From Dehalococcoidia bacterium (GTDB lineage Bacteria; Chloroflexota; Dehalococcoidia; SM23-28-2; RBG-16-64-32): a stretch of 64,000 bases of DNA. This document shows, piece by piece, positions 1-9,695 of the stretch (within the stretch, counting starts at the first letter, position 1; the number at the start of each line of letters is the position of its first letter). The notes below the pieces were generated by a model, which saw only the letters and a program-made list of their open reading frames with translations, ran no database searches and had not been told where the DNA came from. Location of the stretch: NCBI GenBank assembly GCA_963665775.2, contig CAXXTF010000002.1:416001-480000 (forward strand), in the 5' to 3' direction. Made by a program: the position numbers and the translations under genes.

Positions 1-28
1 GGTCATGCTATCATAGGCGCGAGTAACC

Positions 29-769
29 TTGATCTTCTTTCGCTATCTTGACCGATTAGACAACGATCCGTTCGCGGCGCTCGTCTTCTTCGGAGCCCTA
101 GCCACGGCCCTGGTGGCCGGCATCTCGTTCCACGAGTTCTCGCACGCGTACGTAGCCGATAGACTGGGCGACAGGCTGCCCCGTAGACTGGGCCGCGTTA
201 CTTTGAATCCGCTGGCACATCTGGATCCTGCCGGGACGATCTTGCTGTTCCTGGTGGGCTTTGGCTGGGGGAAGCCGGTAATGGTTAACCCCGGCGCAAC
301 CCGCAACCCCAAGGCTACTATGGCTATCGTGGCTGGGGCCGGACCTGTCTCCAACTTCTTTGTGGCCGCGGTGGCTGGACTTCCCCTCAACTTCGGCTGG
401 GTACCCTGGCTCTCTCCCTTTAACCTGCGCGTCATTGACCGCTATCTGTTCGTCGGATTCGGCTTCGAGGAGTACGTGGGGCTATATCTCAGTGCGCTCG
501 TCCTGATCAGCGTCATCTTGGGCGTCTTCAACCTCCTCCCCCTGTTCCCCCTGGACGGCCATCGCGTCGTCCCCGCTTTTCTCAGCGACCGGTCCGCTGT
601 CTCGTACATGCAATTCCAGGCCCGCTATGGCCTGGTTGTCCTGATCGTCCTCATCGCCCTCCCGTTCCTGACGGGCGGTGATTTCGGTATCCTGTTCGAG
701 GTGATGAGCCCCATCATCAACGCGCTGGCCCGGCTGTTCGCCGGGATCGATGGCGATGCCTTCGGCTAG
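29..769 (+). CDS. Site-2 protease family (peptidase M50) membrane metalloprotease
   Basis: HEFSH zinc motif, TLNPLAHLD, FGWGKPV, AGP, NLLPLFPLDG; several hydrophobic segments. Confidence 0.92.
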   Translation: MIFFRYLDRLDNDPFAALVFFGALATALVAGISFHEFSHAYVADRLGDRLPRRLGRVTLNPLAHLDPAGTILLFLVGFGWGKPVMVNPGATRNPKATMAIVAGAGPVSNFFVAAVAGLPLNFGWVPWLSPFNLRVIDRYLFVGFGFEEYVGLYLSALVLISVILGVFNLLPLFPLDGHRVVPAFLSDRSAVSYMQFQARYGLVVLIVLIALPFLTGGDFGILFEVMSPIINALARLFAGIDGDAFG

Positions 770-931
770 CTGGGCCCTCTACCGGGCACGACGGTCTGTC
801 ACCGCCCTCCGGCCTCGCGTCAGGTAGGCCGAACGAGAGGCGTCGGCTCCAGGTGGCTGACAACTGCTGCTGATGCGGTCACCCACCCATCTGCAATTGT
901 GAGGCGAAGGTCATCGTGCTAAGCTCGTGAT

Positions 932-2062
932 ATGGCTATAAGGAAAAAGAAAAAGCAGGAGACAAGACGCGTAACCATCATCGGAACGGGGCTTATCGGC
1001 AGCTCTCTAGGGTTGGCCCTGAAGGCGGCAAAGCTGGAGAACGTCGAGGTCGTGGGGCATGACTGGGAGCGCGACACAGCGACTCGAGCTCATCGTAAAG
1101 GCGCCATCGATAAGGTAGAGCACAATCTTCGCCGGGCCGTGACTGAGGCGAGGATGGTGATTATCGCCACGCCGGTGTTGGCCGTGCGCGAGGTGATGTC
1201 GCAGATAGCAGCTGATCTGGCGGACGGGGCTGTCGTGACCGACACGGCGAGCACGAAGGTGCAGGTGATGCAGTGGGCCGAGGAGTTGCTCCCAGCGCAC
1301 GCCACCTTCGTGGGAGGGCACCCGATGGCTGGCAAAGAGATGTCCGGCCCTGATCACGCGGAAGCGACACTGTTGAGCGGCAGTGCCTACGCCATCTGTC
1401 CGGCTGTGAGCGCAGGGGAAGAGGCGGTGCAGAGCGTGCTGAGCCTGGCTCAGGTGGCGGAAGCGGAACCACTCTTCCTTGACCCCGAGGAGCACGACCA
1501 GCTTGCGGCGGCCGTGAGCCACCTTCCTCTTCTCCTCTCCACGGCGCTCTTCACACTCCTTCGCTCGAGCCCTTCCTGGGATGACATGGCGTCTATGGCT
1601 TCGACCGGGTTCAAGGATCTGACGCGCCTGGCTTCCGGCAATCCCCGCGTGAACCACGACATTCTTGTCACTAACCGGGAGGCCTGCATTCACTGGCTGG
1701 AGCGCGTGGTCGCGGAACTGGGTCGGTTTCGTGACCTGCTGCAGGACGCCGGGGATGAGGCGCTGCTGGAGGCGATCGGCGGCGCCCAGATGGACCGCGA
1801 CGTTTTCCTGACGCAGCCGGTCAAGAGGCGCCCTCGGGCGACCCCACTGCCCGACGTGCGCAAGCAGCTGATCGATGCTCTCGTCGGAGGGTATATCGCG
1901 GATCGGGCGAGGCAGGTTCAGCAGCTGCCCCAGCGGGTGGCGGGGGCTCGGCGGGACGCGCCGGAGGAGAGCGAGGAGGTGCCTACGACCTCGATCGCCG
2001 AACGCATAGCCGAGGATGTGCGCCGGGACCTGGAGAAGCGCTCCGACAACAAAAAAGAGTGA
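932..2062 (+). CDS. tyrA: Prephenate/arogenate dehydrogenase
   Basis: IIGTGLIGSS Rossmann motif, TDTASTK, GGHPMAGKE, EEHD..A.VSHLP, DLTRLAS; directly upstream of aroA. Confidence 0.92.
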   Translation: MAIRKKKKQETRRVTIIGTGLIGSSLGLALKAAKLENVEVVGHDWERDTATRAHRKGAIDKVEHNLRRAVTEARMVIIATPVLAVREVMSQIAADLADGAVVTDTASTKVQVMQWAEELLPAHATFVGGHPMAGKEMSGPDHAEATLLSGSAYAICPAVSAGEEAVQSVLSLAQVAEAEPLFLDPEEHDQLAAAVSHLPLLLSTALFTLLRSSPSWDDMASMASTGFKDLTRLASGNPRVNHDILVTNREACIHWLERVVAELGRFRDLLQDAGDEALLEAIGGAQMDRDVFLTQPVKRRPRATPLPDVRKQLIDALVGGYIADRARQVQQLPQRVAGARRDAPEESEEVPTTSIAERIAEDVRRDLEKRSDNKKE

Positions 2063-2068
2063 GCGCCG

Positions 2069-3358
2069 ATGCAGCGCAGCGTCCATCTCTCGCGGGCCCT
2101 GCGGGGCACCGTCGTTCCGCCCGGCGATAAGTCAGTCTCCCATCGGGCCGCCATCTTCAACGCCATCACCGCCGGCGAAGCGGTCGTCGAAAACTTCCAG
2201 CGTGGTGCCGATTGCCTGGCCACCTTGAGCTGTCTGCGCCTCCTGGGGGTCGACTGGGCGTGGCGAGATGAGACTACCCTGCAGATAACCGGGCGCGGAC
2301 TGAACGGCCTTCGCGAGCCTGAATCCGTTCTGGACTGCCGCAACTCGGGGACCACAATGCGCCTGCTGAGCGGTCTCCTGGCGGCCCAGCCCTTCTTCTC
2401 AGTCCTGACGGGCGACGCCTCTCTGCGCCGGCGGCCCATGGGCCGTGTCATCGAGCCGTTGCGCCGGATGGGGGCCCATATCGACGGGCGGGAGAGTGAC
2501 AGCAGGGCACCCTTAGCGTTCAGGGGCGGCGCCCTGTGCGGGCTTCACTATCGCTCGCCCATGGCCTCGGCGCAAGTGAAGTCGGCCCTGCTGCTGGCAG
2601 GCCTGTACGCCGAGGGCGAGACCGTGATCGAGGAGCCCGCGCCCAGCCGCGATCATACGGAACGCATGCTGCGGGCCATGGGTGCCGAGATAGAGTGTGG
2701 CGAAGGGCTCGTGCGGGTGGCCTACCAGAACGAGGAGCTGAACCCTATCTCCCTGCGGGTACCCGGGGACATCTCCGCTGCCGCAGCCTGGCTGGTGCTC
2801 GCCGCCCTGCACCCGGAGGCGGAGGTGCGGATCGCTGGCGTGGGCCTGAACCCCACCCGCAGCGGCGTGCTGGACGTCCTCCGCATGATGGGGGTCGACA
2901 TCCGTCTGGAAGAGGAGCGTAGCTGGGGTCCGGAGCCCGTGGCCGACATAGTCGTGCGCTCGTCGCGGCTGCGCGGGACGGTGATCGAGGGCGACCTGAT
3001 TCCGCGGACGATCGATGAGCTACCGCTGCTGGCCTTGGCGGGCTGTCTTGCCGAGGGCGAGACGGTGATCCGAGATGCCGCAGAGCTGCGGACTAAAGAG
3101 TCGGACCGGGTCGCGACGACGGCATCGGAGCTGCGGCGGTTGGGAGCCGAGGTAGAGGAGCGGGTGGATGGGTTGGTGGTGTGGGGTCCGCAGAGACTGC
3201 GGGGGAGCGTTGTCTCCTCGCATGGCGACCACCGGCTGGCGATGATGCTGGGCGTAGCAGGCGCTCTCGCTCAGGGCGAGACGATTATTCGCAGGGCAGG
3301 AGCGATTGCGGTATCATATCCTTGGTTTTGGCGGGATCTTGAGACGCTGGCGGGGTAG
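2069..3358 (+). CDS. aroA: 3-phosphoshikimate 1-carboxyvinyltransferase (EPSP synthase)
   Basis: PGDKSVSHRA, NSGTTMRL, ASAQVKSA, SRDHTERML, KESDR, DHRLAM motifs. Confidence 0.97.
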   Translation: MQRSVHLSRALRGTVVPPGDKSVSHRAAIFNAITAGEAVVENFQRGADCLATLSCLRLLGVDWAWRDETTLQITGRGLNGLREPESVLDCRNSGTTMRLLSGLLAAQPFFSVLTGDASLRRRPMGRVIEPLRRMGAHIDGRESDSRAPLAFRGGALCGLHYRSPMASAQVKSALLLAGLYAEGETVIEEPAPSRDHTERMLRAMGAEIECGEGLVRVAYQNEELNPISLRVPGDISAAAAWLVLAALHPEAEVRIAGVGLNPTRSGVLDVLRMMGVDIRLEEERSWGPEPVADIVVRSSRLRGTVIEGDLIPRTIDELPLLALAGCLAEGETVIRDAAELRTKESDRVATTASELRRLGAEVEERVDGLVVWGPQRLRGSVVSSHGDHRLAMMLGVAGALAQGETIIRRAGAIAVSYPWFWRDLETLAG

Positions 3359-3411
3359 ACGAGGGGTTTAATCGCCGGGATCTAGGCCGGTGCTTTAAAA
3401 GGAGGGTCGCC

Positions 3412-3708
3412 ATGGTGCAGCAGACACTCCAGTGCCAGTACGGGGCCGAGTTCGTTCATGCGGGGTTCGGTAACTACGTCGCGATGAACCGAGTGGTGGC
3501 TATCGTGACGCCCGGATCGGCGCCGATCCAGAGGCTGATCCGTGATGCTAAGAAGAAGGGGAGTATCATCGACCAGACCAGCGGGCGCAGGACCAAAGCC
3601 GCCGTCTTTACCGATACGGGCCAGATCATTCTCCTGGCGATCACGCCGGAGGCGGTAGCGGGCCGCGTGCGCACAACGCGGGCCAGCCGTCCCGCTCAAG
3701 CAGAGTAG
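3412..3708 (+). CDS. remA: RemA / DUF370 family regulator
   Basis: GFGNYV..NRVVAIV.P.SAPIQR and D.TSGRRTKA; AGGAGG RBS; usual position upstream of gmk. Confidence 0.88.
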   Translation: MVQQTLQCQYGAEFVHAGFGNYVAMNRVVAIVTPGSAPIQRLIRDAKKKGSIIDQTSGRRTKAAVFTDTGQIILLAITPEAVAGRVRTTRASRPAQAE

Positions 3709-3711
3709 GCG

Positions 3712-4302
3712 GTGGCAGACGCCCCCCTCCTGGTCGTCATCACCGGGCCTTCGGGGGCCGGGAAAGACTCGCTGCTGGCGCATCTGAAAGCCGCGGGTTG
3801 GCCGTATTACTACGCGCTGACGGCGACCACCCGTCCTCCGAGGAGCAGGGAGCGGGGCGGTGTCGACTATCATTTCGTCTCGGCTGACGGGTTCGAGTTG
3901 ATGCTTCAGCAAGGCGAGTTACTGGAGAACGCCGTCGTGTACGGTCAGCGCTACGGCGTCCCCAGGGCACCCATCCGCAAGGCTCTTGACGAAGGTAAAG
4001 GTGTGCTCCTGCGCACGGACGTACAGGGAGCACGGTACATCAAGTCGATCATCCCTTCGACGGTCACCGTCTTCCTGATCCCCCCCTCCTCTGAGGAGCT
4101 GGAGCGGCGGCTACGCTCCCGGGCTGAGGATTCCCCTGAGCAGATGGAGCTGCGGCTACGCACCGCCCGCCAGGAGATGGAGGTAGCGGCGGAGTTCGAT
4201 CACCAGCTCGTCAACGACGATCTCGCCCGCTGCGCCGCCGAGCTGGAGACGATCCTGGCCCAAGAGCGGGCGCGGCCTGGTCGTAAACCGGCCTTGGTCT
4301 AG
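3712..4302 (+). CDS. gmk: Guanylate kinase
   Basis: GPSGAGKD P-loop, TTRPPR..E..GVDYHF, YG.RYG, DVQGA. Confidence 0.95.
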   Translation: MADAPLLVVITGPSGAGKDSLLAHLKAAGWPYYYALTATTRPPRSRERGGVDYHFVSADGFELMLQQGELLENAVVYGQRYGVPRAPIRKALDEGKGVLLRTDVQGARYIKSIIPSTVTVFLIPPSSEELERRLRSRAEDSPEQMELRLRTARQEMEVAAEFDHQLVNDDLARCAAELETILAQERARPGRKPALV

Positions 4303-4361
4303 GCGCCAACAGCGAGATCGATTGACGGCGTTGTCCGTCCTTGTTAGGATGAGCCGACGTT

Positions 4362-4991
4362 ATGGGCGCTCCTCCCACCTTCGCTGTCGAACGGTCCCTC
4401 TGGGGACGGGGACTCAACCTGATAGCGGGCGTGGATGAGGTGGGGCGAGGGCCGCTGGCCGGCCCGGTCGCTGCCGGCGCCGTGATCCTTCCTCCGGATG
4501 CCCGCTTTAGCTGGCTGCCCTACGTTCGCGATAGCAAACAGCTGACCGCCGCCGCCCGCACTGATATCGCGCCCTCGATATGGCGGGACGCCATCGCCGC
4601 CGCCGTCGCCTTCGTTCCCGTCGCGAGCGTCGACCGATTGGGCATCGCCGAGGCCACTCGGTTGGCCATGCTCCAGGCCGTGAACGATCTCTCCGGCCGT
4701 CCCGAGCATCTCCTCATCGACGCTTTCCGCATCAACACATGCTCTCTGCCCCAGACTCCTATCATCCGCGGCGATGAGAGCTCTCTCTCCATCGCCTGCG
4801 CCTCTATCATCGCCAAGGTGGCCCGTGATCGTTTCATGGAGGAGCAGGACGGCTGCTACCCGGGCTACGGCTTCCGTCGCAACAAGGGGTATGGCACTCC
4901 CAAGCACCTGGAAGCCCTGCAACGGCTCGGCCCCTGCGATCTGCATCGGCGTTCCTTTGCGCCGGTCCGCGATATGCTGGCTCGACCATGA
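4362..4991 (+). CDS. rnhB: Ribonuclease HII
   Basis: [45 protein letters not shown]. Confidence 0.96.
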   Translation: MGAPPTFAVERSLWGRGLNLIAGVDEVGRGPLAGPVAAGAVILPPDARFSWLPYVRDSKQLTAAARTDIAPSIWRDAIAAAVAFVPVASVDRLGIAEATRLAMLQAVNDLSGRPEHLLIDAFRINTCSLPQTPIIRGDESSLSIACASIIAKVARDRFMEEQDGCYPGYGFRRNKGYGTPKHLEALQRLGPCDLHRRSFAPVRDMLARP

Positions 4992-5338
4992 CCAATTCCC
5001 GCCAGCGGCTGGGCCGGTTCGGCGAGCGGCTTGCCGTTCAGCACCTGCTCGCCAAGGGCTACCGCACGCGAGAGGGTGAGATTGACATAATCGCTGAGGG
5101 CGACGGTGTCCTCGCCTTCGTCGAGGTGCGGGCCCGCCGTGGCGACGCGATGGGTTCGGCGCTGGAATCGCTGACCCCGGCGAAGCAGCGCCGCCTTGTC
5201 GCCCTCGCTGAGGCGTACGCTCAGGACCGGACCGATCTGCCGCCGGGGCAACGTATAGACCTCATCGCTCTGGAGATCGCCGCGGACGGCCGGGTGCTAT
5301 CGCTGCGCCACATCGAGGGTGCTGTCTGGGGAGAGTGA
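4988..5338 (+). CDS. yraN: YraN family (UPF0102) protein, apparently with a ~7-aa in-frame deletion
   Basis: LG.FGE.LA, GEIDII, FVEVRAR; overlaps rnhB stop (ATGA). The usual GYxIxxRNYR segment is collapsed to GYR. Confidence 0.88.
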   Translation: MTNSRQRLGRFGERLAVQHLLAKGYRTREGEIDIIAEGDGVLAFVEVRARRGDAMGSALESLTPAKQRRLVALAEAYAQDRTDLPPGQRIDLIALEIAADGRVLSLRHIEGAVWGE

Positions 5339-5367
5339 GCACCCGTTTCTGGTAAAGTGGGTTCGAT

Positions 5368-6150
5368 ATGGCCAGTCCCAGGGCTCTCCTCGGTTCACTG
5401 ATCCTCCTGCCTCTCCTCCTGTTGACCATCGCGGCCTGTAGCAAGACCGAGGCGCCGCCACTAGAGGGAGTGATCGAGAAGGCGTCTGCCGCCGCCCAGG
5501 AGGTTACGTCCTACCATTTCACGTGGTCGATCACCCTGTCTGCCGAAGGTATAGGCGAGTTCGATGTGGGCGAGATTGAGGGAGACTATCTTGCCCCTGA
5601 CCGGGCGTGGGTGCGGGCCATCCCCGGGGAAGAGCAGATAATTATAGGCAGGAAGTGGTACCGCAGGGACTCGGAATCGTCCGACTGGAGGGTGCATGAC
5701 CTCTCGGAGGGGATGCTGCCAGCCATGGGGTACGGATACTTCGTGGATCCCCAGGCCAACCTGTATAACCTAACGTACCCGAATGAAGACGTGGTCTGGC
5801 TTTCGGATGAGGTCATCGATGGCGTTGACACCTGGCACTACAGGAGAACGGTTGACCTTCTTGAGGGCCGCATCGAGGAGATCGAGGCGGAGACCGACCC
5901 AGCGGAGAAAGAGATGATGCAGGCCATACTTGATTCGCTCATAGATGTGGAGATAACACTGGAGATGGAGGGGTGGATCGGGAAAGATGACTTCCTGGTC
6001 AGGCAAATCAGGGGCGTGCAGTCTGTGAAGGCGCTGAGTACGGACGAGATATTCGAGATCGCTATCCCCGAGGGAACCCGCTACACCGTTATGATGACGA
6101 TAACGCTCTCCGACTTCAACGCGCCGGTGGAGATCGAAGCGCCTTTCTGA
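5368..6150 (+). CDS. Lipoprotein, LppX/LprAFG-like fold probable
   Basis: Hydrophobic signal plus IAAC lipobox; SYHF..., APDR, IDGVDTWHY, WIGKDDFLVRQI, SDFNAPVEIEAP tail. Confidence 0.65.
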   Translation: MASPRALLGSLILLPLLLLTIAACSKTEAPPLEGVIEKASAAAQEVTSYHFTWSITLSAEGIGEFDVGEIEGDYLAPDRAWVRAIPGEEQIIIGRKWYRRDSESSDWRVHDLSEGMLPAMGYGYFVDPQANLYNLTYPNEDVVWLSDEVIDGVDTWHYRRTVDLLEGRIEEIEAETDPAEKEMMQAILDSLIDVEITLEMEGWIGKDDFLVRQIRGVQSVKALSTDEIFEIAIPEGTRYTVMMTITLSDFNAPVEIEAPF

Positions 6151-6204
6151 TCGGTGTCCCATCTGGTAGCGCCGCCCTGCCGCTCGGCGCTGCTCAGGAG
6201 CGGA

Positions 6205-7248
6205 TCATTCGTCGCCCAGGGGCAGCATCTCCTTGGACCGTCGTGCGCTGGCCGCCGCCGGTTTTCGGCCTCGCCTCCCGTTGTCGAATATCGTCCCACT
6301 CACGTAACCCTTCGCCACGGCCTTGACGAACCCCAGCTTGTCGTTGTCCACCTGAGAACAGCGGAAGGCGCACCCGACCGAGCACCCTTCCTCGCAGCCC
6401 TTGAGAGTCCTCGATTGCTGTTTCAAGTCCTGCACGGTGTACTCTTCAATGGGCCTGGCCAGGCGGCCCATCTGGGAGGCGCATAGCTGGACGTTGCCGA
6501 TCTCGTCTACGTACAGGTAGCGGGCGCCGGCGCGGCATTTCCAGGACGGCTTCTCCCCCTGGAGGAGCTTCCTGCTGTAGTCGTAGTCGATGTATGTAAA
6601 GGGCTTGCTGCCCTTCCGATAGAAATCCTCGTATAGGTCGATGTATGGTTGGCCGCCAATCGTCACCTGACCGGTATCGTCGTGGATCAGGTTTATTGAC
6701 ATCCGCAGGCCCAGCGCCTCGATCTCCTCCGCCAGCTCCATGAAGTCGTCTTTCGTCGCCTCGCACAGTACGGCCGTTACGTGGACATCAAAGCGAGCGA
6801 GGCGCCTGAGCCGCTCCAGCCTGGTCCGCAGCGACCGGAGCGATTTCTGGATGTAGCGGCTGGGGTCTGCCTTCAGGCTATCGATGCTGACGGTGAGGTT
6901 GTTGAGCCCGGCTTCGTTCAGCTTCTCGATGATCCCGTTCCGGAGCAGAAAGCCATTGGTGACGATGCTCGTGTTCGATAGCCGTCCGGAATAGGCGACA
7001 ATCTCCGCCAGATGGGGGTGTGTCAGGGGCTCGCCGCCCAGTAGGGTGATGTTGGCGGCTCTCAGCCGGTGCAGCGCGTCGATCCGGCGCTGGAGGTCTG
7101 CCAGGGGTACCGGCTCCGAGCTGTCGTCGTACTCGGAGCAGTAGCCACAGCTCAGGTTGCAGCGGCGGGTGATGATGAGCTGCGCATCCAGCGGCGCGTT
7201 GAGGAACAGGACGCGGGCCAGGAACTGGGGCAGGTTTTTAACCTGCAT
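6205..7248 (-). CDS. Radical SAM protein with C-terminal auxiliary Fe-S (SPASM/twitch-like) domain
   Basis: CNLSCGYC (CxxxCxxC), GGEP; C-terminal CRAG...GNVQLC...CEEGCSVGC. Confidence 0.9.
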   Translation of the reverse strand: MQVKNLPQFLARVLFLNAPLDAQLIITRRCNLSCGYCSEYDDSSEPVPLADLQRRIDALHRLRAANITLLGGEPLTHPHLAEIVAYSGRLSNTSIVTNGFLLRNGIIEKLNEAGLNNLTVSIDSLKADPSRYIQKSLRSLRTRLERLRRLARFDVHVTAVLCEATKDDFMELAEEIEALGLRMSINLIHDDTGQVTIGGQPYIDLYEDFYRKGSKPFTYIDYDYSRKLLQGEKPSWKCRAGARYLYVDEIGNVQLCASQMGRLARPIEEYTVQDLKQQSRTLKGCEEGCSVGCAFRCSQVDNDKLGFVKAVAKGYVSGTIFDNGRRGRKPAAASARRSKEMLPLGDE

Positions 7249-7298
7249 GCACGGCGCTCCTCCCGGCCGGCGCGCAGCGGATCAGGTTGAGGGATGCC

Positions 7299-8234
7299 CT
7301 ATGCAGCGCCAGTCCCCTGGTTAGACACCTGCGAAGGCCCTGAGGTCTCAGCGAGCCCGGCCAGCCAGTAGAGCCAACTCTTCCAGGCCTTGTGTGCGGT
7401 GGCTGCGCCGTTGCGGGCAAAGTGCCGACGAACGAGCTCCCGCACGCCGAAGGCGATGATCAGCCCGATGGCCACTACCAGCAGGCCGGCGGCGGCATCC
7501 AAGAAATAGTGGTTCGCCGTCATGATTATGTCGGTGAACATGGCGAAGGGCATCAGCACGGCAAAGGCTCGTATCAATAGCGCGCGCGATGCCAGCCACA
7601 TCGAGAAGCCCACCAGCAGGTTCCAGCCGAAGTGGAGGCTGGGCATGGCAGCGTATTCGTTGACGAAGAAGGCCGGCGTAAGCGGTCGTCCGGTGTCGTA
7701 CTGGTTCACGATAGTGTCGACAAAGCCGAACTCCGGCAAGAAGCGTGGGGGCGCCACCGGAAAGGAGACGTACACTGCAAGTCCTATCGCTCCTGAGATG
7801 AGGAAGGCGTTCCGCATTATCAGATACTGCGGGCGGTGCCAGAAGTACAGCCAGACGGCCAGGGCGCCGATAATCGGGAGGTGACCGTAGAGGTAGAAGC
7901 CGTTTAGCAGCTGGAGAAGCCACTCGTACGAGAGCACCCAACCCTGGACTTCCACCTCCCAGAAGATGCCTATGCTCTTCTCCAGCCTGATCAGATCGGC
8001 GCCTCGGGCGAGGGCCTCGCCGACGCGCTCGTGGGCGAAGCCTCGTACCAGGTAATAGAGGGGAAGGACTGAAACCAGGAGCAGGATTTCGGCGATGTCT
8101 TTCTTGCGTGGCCGCCAAGCCAATACTGCGTTCATGTTACTTCGCCATCTCTGAGAGAGCCTCAGGGCCAATCGGCCCTGGCCCTCTTTACCGCCCTGAG
8201 CGTTATCGCCTTGTGGGTTGGGAACCGCACACAT
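7299..8234 (-). CDS. PAP2-superfamily membrane protein, AUR1/inositol-phosphorylceramide-synthase-like (start may be downstream)
   Basis: PVAPPRF, NEYAAMPSLHFGW, TANHYFLDAAAG motifs; multiple TM segments. Confidence 0.85.
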   Translation of the reverse strand: MCAVPNPQGDNAQGGKEGQGRLALRLSQRWRSNMNAVLAWRPRKKDIAEILLLVSVLPLYYLVRGFAHERVGEALARGADLIRLEKSIGIFWEVEVQGWVLSYEWLLQLLNGFYLYGHLPIIGALAVWLYFWHRPQYLIMRNAFLISGAIGLAVYVSFPVAPPRFLPEFGFVDTIVNQYDTGRPLTPAFFVNEYAAMPSLHFGWNLLVGFSMWLASRALLIRAFAVLMPFAMFTDIIMTANHYFLDAAAGLLVVAIGLIIAFGVRELVRRHFARNGAATAHKAWKSWLYWLAGLAETSGPSQVSNQGTGAA

Positions 8235-8417
8235 AGAAGCAGCCCTCCCTGCACCGAATCTGCGGCAGACGAGGCTTCACCGTTTCCCCTACATTATCAT
8301 ACAGTTGCCCGGTCAGCCAAGCCAAGGCTCGCACCCGATCCGGTAATCTTGTGCTGTCCGCCAGCGCACCGTAGGGCTGCGGCGCCCTTTTCGTTGACAG
8401 GCGCTCGAAGGGGGAGG

Positions 8418-8672
8418 ATGATGATAAACGATATGAGCGTTCCTGCGGACTTGGTGCGGGAGCTAGCCGAGAGGTACGGCGGCAACTTAAGCCTGACCAG
8501 TAGGGAGACCAAAACCCCCTTGGGCACGCTCGTCACCATCAAAGATGGGGCACAGCCAAAGTGGGATACTATGTGTCGCCTCGTCACTGCCCTTGGCTAC
8601 TCTTTCACCGATACAGACTTCGCTGAGAAGTTGGACGCGGACCGCGACGCAGGCCCAGTCTTAGTGCAATAG
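8418..8672 (+). CDS. Small XRE/Cro-like helix-turn-helix protein
   Basis: 84-aa ORF; GNLSLTSRETKTPLGTL...PKWDTMCRLVTALG resembles an XRE HTH; start uncertain (8418/8421/8433). Confidence 0.55.
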   Translation: MMINDMSVPADLVRELAERYGGNLSLTSRETKTPLGTLVTIKDGAQPKWDTMCRLVTALGYSFTDTDFAEKLDADRDAGPVLVQ

Positions 8673-8679
8673 AGAGGAT

Positions 8680-8754
8680 GGCGGGGTAGCTCAACGGTAG
8701 AGCAGCGGACTCATAAGCCGCATGTTGTGGGTTCGATTCCCACCCCCGTCACCA
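8680..8754 (+). tRNA. trnM: tRNA-Met (CAT), probably elongator
   Basis: Cloverleaf: GGCGGGG/CCCCGTC acceptor, loop CTCATAA, GTGGG-TTCGATT-CCCAC T-arm, encoded CCA; G1-C72 pair argues against initiator. Confidence 0.93.
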
Positions 8755-8781
8755 ACCCAGACTTCTCTTTCTGATTGCGCT

Positions 8782-8832
8782 AGGGCATTCATAAGCCCTG
8801 TGTCGTGGGTTCGAATCCCACTCCTGCCACCA
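8782..8832 (+). pseudogene. 3' half of a second, divergent tRNA(CAT); att-site-like remnant
   Basis: TTCATAA-GCCCT-GTGTC-GTGGG-TTCGAAT-CCCAC-TCCTGCC-ACCA in tRNA register; no D-arm or 5' acceptor strand upstream. Confidence 0.85.
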
Positions 8833-8898
8833 GCAGCCGCCGTTTCCCCAGCGTTGCCGCGGTCGTCATCGGCCCTTCAGGTTTCCAGAAGGAGTCCC

Positions 8899-9069
8899 AT
8901 GAAGACTGGGTTCAACCTCTTTATCCTGCGGCAGGATCTGATAATCGATGTGGCTCGCAAGGCCGATGAGATCGGCATCGAGTCGATCTTGATCTCCGAT
9001 CACCTGATCTGGCCTCAAGAGATTCATCCCGAGTATCCGTACAGCCCCAACCCGGCCGGTAGCGCTTAA
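8899..9069 (+). pseudogene. N-terminal fragment of an LLM-class (F420-dependent type) oxidoreductase
   Basis: AAGGAG RBS; ARKADEIGIESILISDHLIWP...YPY is the LLM N-terminus; stops after 56 aa against the mobA 3' end. Confidence 0.75.
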
Positions 9070-9695
9070 CCTGACCGGGCCTGTGATCCTCTGGCCGTTC
9101 GTTGCCAGATGGTCTGGGCACGTGCCAGGTCTTGCTGGTTGTTCAGGTTGAAGACGCTCAGTCCTTCGGGGTCGTGATGGCGCATCTCCTCCTCGGAAAG
9201 CGTCCGTACGTCCAGCCGCGAAAGCAATTCCTTCATGCTGTTGCCCCCTCGGGCGAGGAGAGATTCGATGGCGGGCAGGCAGGAGCGAGCGTACACAGCG
9301 TGCAGAGGGTGCCAGCGGTCAGCGACTCTGGGGACCAGCGCCTGGTAGCGGCGGGGAAGACCGGCCATGTAGTCCAGGAGGGGGAGGTTCAGGAAAGGCA
9401 TGTCGCAGGCCACCACCAGAGAGAACGCGGTGGGGGCAACCGCAAGCCCGGCCTGGACTCCTGCCAGGGGTCCCGCTCCTGGGATCGTGTCGCTCACGAA
9501 TTGCACCGGAAGAGCGGGGATGTCTCGGGCCGACCGTGACCCGGAGGCGACTATCACTTGAGGACAGACGGAAGAGAGCCTGTCGATAACGATCTCCAGG
9601 AGGGTGCGGTCATCGAAGGTCAGTTCGGCCTTGTCTGTGCCCAGGCGGCGGCTCCGGCCTCCTGCCAGAACGATTCCGCTCAGGGGTTCGGTCAC
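9066..9695 (-). CDS. mobA: Molybdenum cofactor guanylyltransferase
   Basis: VLAGGRSRRLGTDKA, GPLAG, VACDMPF, HPLHAVY, FNLN..QDL. Confidence 0.93.
   Translation of the reverse strand: MTEPLSGIVLAGGRSRRLGTDKAELTFDDRTLLEIVIDRLSSVCPQVIVASGSRSARDIPALPVQFVSDTIPGAGPLAGVQAGLAVAPTAFSLVVACDMPFLNLPLLDYMAGLPRRYQALVPRVADRWHPLHAVYARSCLPAIESLLARGGNSMKELLSRLDVRTLSEEEMRHHDPEGLSVFNLNNQQDLARAQTIWQRTARGSQARSG

Noticed and set aside
1007-2086. Long antisense and alternate-frame ORFs (also 20069-21451, 30154-31323, 13201-14256, 12012-13262, 39622-40746)
   Set aside because: Shadows of well-supported genes in GC-rich DNA; no motifs.
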